Source: Methylococcaceae bacterium UBA2780 (GTDB lineage Bacteria > Pseudomonadota > Gammaproteobacteria > Methylococcales > UBA2780). Taken from it: a stretch of 64,000 nucleotides of DNA. Each line of letters begins with the position of its first letter. Position 1 is the first letter of the stretch. Below are positions 58,303 to 64,000 of this stretch, piece after piece. The notes beneath the pieces are model-generated. The model saw only the letters and a program-made list of their open reading frames with translations. It did no database searches and had not been told where the DNA came from. The DNA is taken from contig DEIG01000008.1 of the NCBI GenBank assembly GCA_002352345.1, positions 21,420-85,419 of the forward strand, in the 5' to 3' direction. A program made the position numbers and the translations under genes.

Positions 58303-58944
58303 TTATTTTCCTGGGCGATCGCCCCAGATTGTTTTATGTAGTTGAACCTGAAAACGAACCTGAAGTCGATCCGCAAGTATCCAATCAGCCAGCTCTTCTG
58401 CTGCCTGTCTGCCCATACAAGGTGATAGCAGCAGTTCACAACGTTCGGTCAAGGCCTGTTCTTTGATGACATTTTTAACCCAGTCATAATCCTCTCTGGA
58501 GCAAATCACAAACTTAACCTCATCATGAGCAGTTAACGACTCGATATTGCCATAAAGGTTTTTGCTCATTTCACCTGAGTCCGGTGTTTTAAGATCCATC
58601 ACCTTTTTGACACGTCTGTTAACAGCTGAGACATCAAGAGCCCCGCTAGTTTCAAGAGAAACTTTGTAACCTTTATCGACCAAACTATCCAGCAACACCA
58701 GACACTCCTTTTGAGCCAATGGCTCTCCGCCTGTAACCGTTACATGTGCCGATTTGTAAAGAGATACCTCCTCTAAAATTGCCTCGACAGACCATTTCTC
58801 CCCACCCTGAAAAGCATACGCCGTATCGCAGTAAACACACCGTAATGGGCAGCCTGTCAGCCGTATAAAAACAGTGGGGAGTCCAACAGTGGTGGACTCC
58901 CCTTGTAAAGAGTAAAAAATTTCAGTAATACGTAGATCGGCCAC
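58303..58944 (-). CDS. queE: 7-carboxy-7-deazaguanine synthase (radical SAM)
   Basis: EIFYSLQGES and the CPLRCVYCDT radical-SAM cluster motif. 213 aa. Confidence 0.9.
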   Translation of the reverse strand: MADLRITEIFYSLQGESTTVGLPTVFIRLTGCPLRCVYCDTAYAFQGGEKWSVEAILEEVSLYKSAHVTVTGGEPLAQKECLVLLDSLVDKGYKVSLETSGALDVSAVNRRVKKVMDLKTPDSGEMSKNLYGNIESLTAHDEVKFVICSREDYDWVKNVIKEQALTERCELLLSPCMGRQAAEELADWILADRLQVRFQVQLHKTIWGDRPGK

Positions 58945-58947
58945 TGT

Positions 58948-59751
58948 TTAATGCTTCTCCTGCTTCATTCTACGCAACCGGTTTTCTGCCAACCGTGCAG
59001 CACTTGATTTCGGGAAACGGTTAATCACTTCTGTTAACTTCTTTCGCGCTGTTTTCCAATTTTCTTGCTCATAAGCGATATACCCTGTCTTCAAAAGTGC
59101 ATCAGGTACTTTCTGGCTTTCTGGAAATGAAACGACAAGTTTTTCAAACTCGGCTTTTGCCTCATTAAAATCTCTTGTTACATAATAGGTTTCCGCAAGC
59201 CAATAGGTTGCATTATCTGCATAATCACCCGCCGGGTAGTCCGATAGAAACGCTTTAAATTGTTTTACAGACTCCGAATAACGCCCCTCTTTCAGTGTGT
59301 TAAAGGATTTCTGATAGGCTTTCCGCTCCGCAGCGGGGTTCACCGAAACCTGCTTTATTACAGCTGGCTCTGCAGCCTTTTCCTTCACCTTTTCTGTGGT
59401 GCCCGAGCCTATGGTGGGCATTCCCTTTTCTTTCGCCACCTCACCAACAGCCCCTTCAAGGGGTTGCAAGCGTCGATCAAGATCTAGGTAAATATCTCGC
59501 TGCCTTTTTTTGACACCATCCATATTAAAGGTCAACTCCTCAAGCTCACCTCTAAGTTGCTGAACTTCGCGCTTGAGCTGCTCAACCTGCCGATACATTT
59601 CAAGCGAAATTTTACTTGAGGCCGGTGAAACCCTTTGGCTCGAGGCCGCCCCTCCTCGCACGCCATCTACAACAGGCGGCAAAGGCTGCTCAGCTTGAGC
59701 GAAACCAGCTGTGCAAAGCAGCCCTACAGCTACTTTTTTACCTAACTTCAT
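58948..59751 (-). CDS. cpoB: Tol-Pal system protein CpoB (YbgF)
   Basis: Signal peptide, N-terminal coiled coil (QLKREVQQLRGELEEL), and C-terminal TPR repeats. Located immediately after pal. Confidence 0.88.
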   Translation of the reverse strand: MKLGKKVAVGLLCTAGFAQAEQPLPPVVDGVRGGAASSQRVSPASSKISLEMYRQVEQLKREVQQLRGELEELTFNMDGVKKRQRDIYLDLDRRLQPLEGAVGEVAKEKGMPTIGSGTTEKVKEKAAEPAVIKQVSVNPAAERKAYQKSFNTLKEGRYSESVKQFKAFLSDYPAGDYADNATYWLAETYYVTRDFNEAKAEFEKLVVSFPESQKVPDALLKTGYIAYEQENWKTARKKLTEVINRFPKSSAARLAENRLRRMKQEKH

Positions 59752-59754
59752 TAA

Positions 59755-60294
59755 CTATTCTCCAGAATAGATGATTTCAACACGGCGATTTTGCTCCCAT
59801 GACAGTTCATCATGGCCAAAGCTAACCGGCTTTTCTTCCCCATAACCGATTACTTGAATTTGGGATGGCGAAACATTCTGAAGCCTCATTAAGTCGGCGA
59901 CAGTATTCCCACGTTGCTCACTCAATGCAACGTTGTATTCTCTAGAACCTCGCTCATCTGCATAGGCCTCTAGGATGACGTTTTTGCTTGGATTCTCAGC
60001 AAGATATGCAGCGTGAGCAGCAATTACAGGAAGGTGCTCGTCCGCCACTTCGCTGCTATCAAATGCAAAATGGATAACTCTTTTAGAAAGCAGACTTGCT
60101 GGATTTAACAGAGGATCACCTGTGTAAACCTCTCCACCTTCAATTCCGGTAGTCGATACACCTGACCCATTCCCGTAACCTCCACCCTCTTCTGTAGCTG
60201 TAGCAGAGCTAGCCCCGCCTATACCTAACGTTTCGCAACCAGACAAGACAAACAGACCAACAAAAATCAATAGTGCCGCTTTCAACTGCTTCAT
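59755..60294 (-). CDS. pal: Peptidoglycan-associated lipoprotein
   Basis: Lipobox LSGC. OmpA-like C-terminal domain (FAFDSSEV, EAYADERGSREYNVALSEQR, NRRVEI). Confidence 0.95.
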   Translation of the reverse strand: MKQLKAALLIFVGLFVLSGCETLGIGGASSATATEEGGGYGNGSGVSTTGIEGGEVYTGDPLLNPASLLSKRVIHFAFDSSEVADEHLPVIAAHAAYLAENPSKNVILEAYADERGSREYNVALSEQRGNTVADLMRLQNVSPSQIQVIGYGEEKPVSFGHDELSWEQNRRVEIIYSGE

Positions 60295-60311
60295 TATATT
60301 TCCTCTTTCTT

Positions 60312-61601
60312 TTATTTAAATGGTGACCAAGCTGGATCTCGAACTTCGCCACCTTTCATAACCAAATTCTGATGGACCCGCCCATCAGCAGAGACCGCTG
60401 CCAACAGCCCCCTTTCCCCTTTTTTTGCCGCATAGAGAATCATACTTCCATTCGGCGCAAAGCTTGGGGACTCATCAAGCTTACCGTTAGTCAGAACCTG
60501 AAGAATACCCGAATCAAGCTCTAGCACGGCAATCTGATATGCGCTCCCCTGCCTGTGAATCATTGCCAGACTTTTTCCATCCGGTGAAAATACAGGTCGA
60601 GCATTATAGCTCCCCTCATAGGTCAACCGCTTCGCTTTACCACCCTGAACCGGGATCTGATAAATCTGTGGCCTACCCCCCCGATCAGAGGTATAGGCAA
60701 TCATCTTTCCATCTCTAGACCAGCTCGATTCAGTCTCAATAGCATAACCTTTCGTTAGCTGACGAAGTGAGCCAGTAATCAGATCCAAGATGTATATATC
60801 AGGACTGCCACCAACTGAAAGCGTCATCGAAAGTTTACTTCCATCTGGCGACCAAGCAGGTGCACCATTAATACCAGGGGCGGAAGAGACCCGCTCCCTT
60901 TTTCCGCTGGAAATAGTCTGAACATAGATTGCTGAATGGCGCCCCTCAAAAGAGACATAAGCAATTTTTTCGCCATTTGGAGACCAAGCGGGCGACATAA
61001 TCGGTTCAGATGAGGTTGTAATCGTCTGAGGATTAAAACCATCAGCATCGGCCACTTGCAAACGATACTGTGGCTGGCTATTTTTATTACGAACCACCGT
61101 CACATAAGCGATTCGGGTTGAAAAAGCGCCTTTCTGTCCCGTCAACTGTTCGTAGACTATATCGCTGATTCTGTGAGCAGTTTGCCTAAGTGCCTTAGCG
61201 CTAGAAGGCATGCTATAACCGGTCAACTGTTCCCCTTTATAAACATCAAAAAGTTGAAACTGGATCACAAACCGGCCTGCTCCGGTTTCTCTGACCTGAC
61301 CAATTAAGAGATTATCCTGCCCCAAAGCCTGCCAATTACGAAAGCGAATTTTTGTCGCATCAGTAGGTTTTGTCAGCATATCTCGTTCGGGCAGTGCTTT
61401 AAATCGGCCCGAGCGGCTCAAATCCGCCGCAACAACAGCACCAATATCAAGCGGAGCCTCAGCTGCCATACCCTGCCAACCAAAAGGAACAATCGCAATA
61501 GGCGCCGCCCCTTCAATACCTTCGGTTATTTCAATTTCAAGTGCCGCAGAAAAAACTGATGTCGGTAGAAAAATCAACAATAGAAATAATCGTCTCAGCA
61601 T
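60312..61601 (-). CDS. tolB: Tol-Pal system beta-propeller protein TolB
   Basis: 429 aa. Signal peptide and repeated propeller blades (PAWSPDG / PVFSPDG / PSFAPNG). Confidence 0.95.
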   Translation of the reverse strand: MLRRLFLLLIFLPTSVFSAALEIEITEGIEGAAPIAIVPFGWQGMAAEAPLDIGAVVAADLSRSGRFKALPERDMLTKPTDATKIRFRNWQALGQDNLLIGQVRETGAGRFVIQFQLFDVYKGEQLTGYSMPSSAKALRQTAHRISDIVYEQLTGQKGAFSTRIAYVTVVRNKNSQPQYRLQVADADGFNPQTITTSSEPIMSPAWSPNGEKIAYVSFEGRHSAIYVQTISSGKRERVSSAPGINGAPAWSPDGSKLSMTLSVGGSPDIYILDLITGSLRQLTKGYAIETESSWSRDGKMIAYTSDRGGRPQIYQIPVQGGKAKRLTYEGSYNARPVFSPDGKSLAMIHRQGSAYQIAVLELDSGILQVLTNGKLDESPSFAPNGSMILYAAKKGERGLLAAVSADGRVHQNLVMKGGEVRDPAWSPFK

Positions 61602-61604
61602 AAA

Positions 61605-62588
61605 TTACTCTTTGGGTATAAAAATCAAGTCAAGCGTTCTAAAGTAGCTAAACAGCCCGGGGTCATTAGGAATGGGTAAAGGTGACGCTTTTAGTACAGC
61701 CACCTCAACCGACCGATCGAATAGTTGATCACCACTGCTCTTTACCACTCGCGCATCCATTACACTACCACCCGCAATTAGCTTAACTCGGATTTTACAT
61801 GATAAACCAACTGTGGATGTAGAGGGTTTCAGCCAACTACGTTGAATCTTTTGGCGAATAACATCTCGAAAGCTAGCGACCGCTTGCTGCGCTTTTCTTT
61901 CTGCTTCCATCTGCTGCTTTAGCGCTAATTCGCGTGCTTTGCGCTCTTTTTCCGCCTTTTCTTTCGCCAGCTTTTCCTGCCTTTTCTTTTCAGCTAGCGC
62001 TTTGGCTTTTTCCGCTTCAGCTTTTTCCTTTTTTGCAATCTCCGCCTTTCTTCTCTTCTCTGCCTCAATCTTTTTCTTTTCAGCCTTTTTCTTTCGAGCC
62101 ACCTCAGCTTTACGCCTCTTTTCCGCTTCAGCTTTTTGACGCTTCTGATTAGCCAATTGCTTCTCTTTCTTTAGCTTATCAAGCTTCTTCTTTTCGGCCT
62201 GTTTCTCTCTTTTGAGCTTTTCTAGCTTAAGTGCCGCTGCTTTTTCCTTCGCTCTGTTTTTCGTCGCCTGCTCTTTTGCTCGCTTTTGCTCTTGAACTCT
62301 TTTCTGCTTCAGATCAGCCAACCGCTTCTCTTCTTTTCGTTGTGCTTTTTTAAGACGCGCCTGCTTGGCCTTCTCACCCTGTTTTTTATCTATCTCCTGC
62401 TGCTTCAATTTCTGAAGCTCAGCCAATACTTTCGATTCATCAATAACTGTTGCCTGCACCACGTCTGGCACCGGTCTAGGCACTATCTTTTTCTTTTCAA
62501 ACTCTATATTTGCCAGCAGCAAGACTGCTAGAACAGCATGAAAAGCGAGTGACAGCAAAAGAGGTAAGCGATATTGCCCTTTCATCAC
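61605..62588 (-). CDS. tolA: Tol-Pal system protein TolA
   Basis: N-terminal TM helix, a long Lys/Glu/Ala-rich helical domain II, and a C-terminal TolA domain III (SGDQLFDRSVEVAVLKASPLP). Confidence 0.9.
   Translation of the reverse strand: MMKGQYRLPLLLSLAFHAVLAVLLLANIEFEKKKIVPRPVPDVVQATVIDESKVLAELQKLKQQEIDKKQGEKAKQARLKKAQRKEEKRLADLKQKRVQEQKRAKEQATKNRAKEKAAALKLEKLKREKQAEKKKLDKLKKEKQLANQKRQKAEAEKRRKAEVARKKKAEKKKIEAEKRRKAEIAKKEKAEAEKAKALAEKKRQEKLAKEKAEKERKARELALKQQMEAERKAQQAVASFRDVIRQKIQRSWLKPSTSTVGLSCKIRVKLIAGGSVMDARVVKSSGDQLFDRSVEVAVLKASPLPIPNDPGLFSYFRTLDLIFIPKE
61905..62420 (-). repeat. Low-complexity Lys/Glu/Ala-coding repeats (TolA domain II)
   Basis: Degenerate reiterations of aaagc/gaaaa-type codons encode KAEKKKIEAEKRRKAEIAKKEKAEAEK. 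On the plus strand they appear as ttt/ctt-rich repeats and generate spurious antisense ORFs. Confidence 0.8.
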
Positions 62589-62594
62589 AACCTG

Positions 62595-63023
62595 TTATTG
62601 AACCGTTTCAGGAGACTGAGTCATTAATCCAACATTTTCTACGCCGGCACTTTTTAACACCGCCATTACCGTAACAACCTTGCCGTAATCGACATCCATG
62701 TCGCCTCTAATCAGAACAGCAGTCTTTGGTTTATGGCGTAAAACCGCAGCAACTCTAACGGCGACTAACTCAAGTTCAACAGGCCTATTCGTCTCTTCAC
62801 CAACATCCATATAGTATGAACCACTAGCATCAACGGTAATGACTAAAGGCGGCTCTTGATCTTGTGGTAACTCTTTGGCATCTGCTTGAGGAAGATCGAC
62901 CTCAACACCTTGCTGAATCAATGGTGCCGTGATCATAAAGATAATCAATAAAACCAATGTCACATCGATATAGGGGACAACATTGATCTCGGCCATCGGC
63001 CTACGCTTAATGCGACGGCTCAT
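62595..63023 (-). CDS. tolR: Tol-Pal system protein TolR
   Basis: 142 aa ExbD/TolR-family protein (MAEINVVPYIDVTLVLLIIFMITAP). Confidence 0.93.
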   Translation of the reverse strand: MSRRIKRRPMAEINVVPYIDVTLVLLIIFMITAPLIQQGVEVDLPQADAKELPQDQEPPLVITVDASGSYYMDVGEETNRPVELELVAVRVAAVLRHKPKTAVLIRGDMDVDYGKVVTVMAVLKSAGVENVGLMTQSPETVQ

Positions 63024-63697
63024 TTCAGTCGGGCCTGCCGCTGAAGCAGGCTGATGAACTCTTCCATAAAGGTGTCGTAACGATTTGCTAATCGCTCAAC
63101 ATTTGTTGAATAGCGGTTATAGGCGATAACCGCAGGGATGGCTGCAAACAGCCCCATTGCGGTTGCGACCAGCGCCTCAGAAATTCCCGGTGCGACCAGC
63201 GCTAATGTCGCCTGCTTTGTATTACCCAGCGCACTAAAGGAATTCATAATGCCCCAAACCGTCCCAAAAAGTCCGACATACGGACTTGTTGAACCAACAG
63301 TTGCAAGAAAAGGGAGCCGTGCATCAAGCCGATCCATCTCTCTTGAGAAGGCAACGCGCATTGCTCGGTGCGAACCTTCTACAATGTCAGCCGCATCAAC
63401 ATCTTTTTCCTGTTTTAACTTTGCAAACTCTCTGTATCCTGCCAAAAAAATATTCTCTATCCCTTCACTGGTATAACGATCCGCTGAGAGCTGCTTATAT
63501 AGTTGCGCAAGATCAACACCAGACCAAAACCGCTCTTCAAACTGATCAGAAACTAAAAGCGCCTGCTTTAGCTCTTTCCGTTTTGAGAAGATAAATGTCC
63601 ATGAAGCAACTGAAGCGATCAACAACAGAAGCATCACCAGCTGAACGATCAGACTGGCGTTGATAATCAACTCGAATATCGATAGTTCAGAACCCAT
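63020..63697 (-). CDS. tolQ: Tol-Pal system protein TolQ
   Basis: 225 aa MotA/TolQ/ExbB-family protein (TSPYVGLFGTVWGIMNSF, ALVATAMGLFAAIPAVIAYN). Overlaps tolR by 4 nt. Confidence 0.95.
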   Translation of the reverse strand: MGSELSIFELIINASLIVQLVMLLLLIASVASWTFIFSKRKELKQALLVSDQFEERFWSGVDLAQLYKQLSADRYTSEGIENIFLAGYREFAKLKQEKDVDAADIVEGSHRAMRVAFSREMDRLDARLPFLATVGSTSPYVGLFGTVWGIMNSFSALGNTKQATLALVAPGISEALVATAMGLFAAIPAVIAYNRYSTNVERLANRYDTFMEEFISLLQRQARLK

Positions 63698-64000
63698 TCT
63701 TTATCCTTTCAATCATCTCGTTGGGGATTTTTTTAGGTGACATTGATTCACTATCCAGACAGGCAATTCGAATTGTCCCTTCACATAGTACCGTTCCATC
63801 CAAATGCTTAACCTGCTGATGGAAAAGCAAACTCGCCCGCTTCAGCTCAGTAAATTCTGCACTCACTAAAAGCTCTTCATTAAAACGTGCCGGTTTCAGG
63901 TAATCAGCCTCAACAGAGCGAACCGCAAAGACAACCTTCTCATTTTGCATAAGATCATCTTGCTCATACCCCAAGACTCTAAGGCGTTCTGTACGAGCTC
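63687..64000 (-). CDS. ybgC: Tol-Pal-associated acyl-CoA thioesterase YbgC, C-terminal part (5' end outside window)
   Basis: The frame stays open to the window edge (ARTERLRVLGYEQDDL...). 4HBT hot-dog thioesterase pattern, in the conserved position upstream of tolQ. Confidence 0.85.
   Translation of the reverse strand, partial: ARTERLRVLGYEQDDLMQNEKVVFAVRSVEADYLKPARFNEELLVSAEFTELKRASLLFHQQVKHLDGTVLCEGTIRIACLDSESMSPKKIPNEMIERIKNGF

Noticed and set aside
61934-62531. Three plus-strand ORFs (61934-62152, 61939-62139, 62286-62531) encoding Phe/Leu/Ser-rich peptides, antisense to tolA.
   Set aside because: They are mirror images of the Lys/Glu/Ala low-complexity coding repeats of TolA domain II. 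They have no ribosome-binding sites, their composition is an artefact of the antisense strand, and two of them overlap each other in different frames.

Overview
This window is a 64-kb stretch of a moderately AT-rich gammaproteobacterial chromosome, probably marine given the Na+-NQR operon and a Pseudomonas-like tol-pal/queEC/tRNA-Lys layout. Almost all of it is core housekeeping.

Gene content, left to right:
- leuB 3' end, then a 2.1-kb four-gene cassette (ferritin-like, VOC, small secreted protein, DUF2784).
- A PEP-CTERM protein.
- leuC-leuD plus a CimA-like LeuA-family synthase.
- An RND efflux pair.
- aceE-aceF-lpd.
- PilZ, queD, a DUF3422 protein, pntAB, DUF1249, UPF0149, a cold-shock protein, a Usp protein, ttcA, fabA-fabB, slt and trpH.
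- A translationally coupled GCS2-like ligase / AstE-like deacylase / ycgN trio.
- sbcB, then the complete nqrABCDEF-apbE-nqrM operon with a trailing CBS-pair gene.
- fklB, an alpha/beta hydrolase, a 1620-aa NAD-glutamate dehydrogenase, and CheV plus an MCP.
- tRNA-Lys(UUU), queC-queE, and ybgC-tolQRAB-pal-cpoB.

I saw no CRISPR array, IS element, integrase, phage genes, toxin-antitoxin pair or recognisable defence genes. I cannot honestly point to a convincing new multi-gene system.

The observations most worth follow-up are:
1. A decayed second copy of the leuB 3' end at 2960-3090, which brackets the 2.1-kb cassette and marks an old insertion or replacement event.
2. A near-consensus sigma-54 promoter in front of the orphan PEP-CTERM gene.
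3. The uncharacterised ligase/deacylase/YcgN module.
4. A CimA-type synthase sitting in the leuCD operon.
5. A 56-bp perfect palindrome between two convergent genes.
6. An orphan, leftward-facing intrinsic terminator between two rightward genes.

All protein family calls come from reading motifs by eye. No database search was possible.
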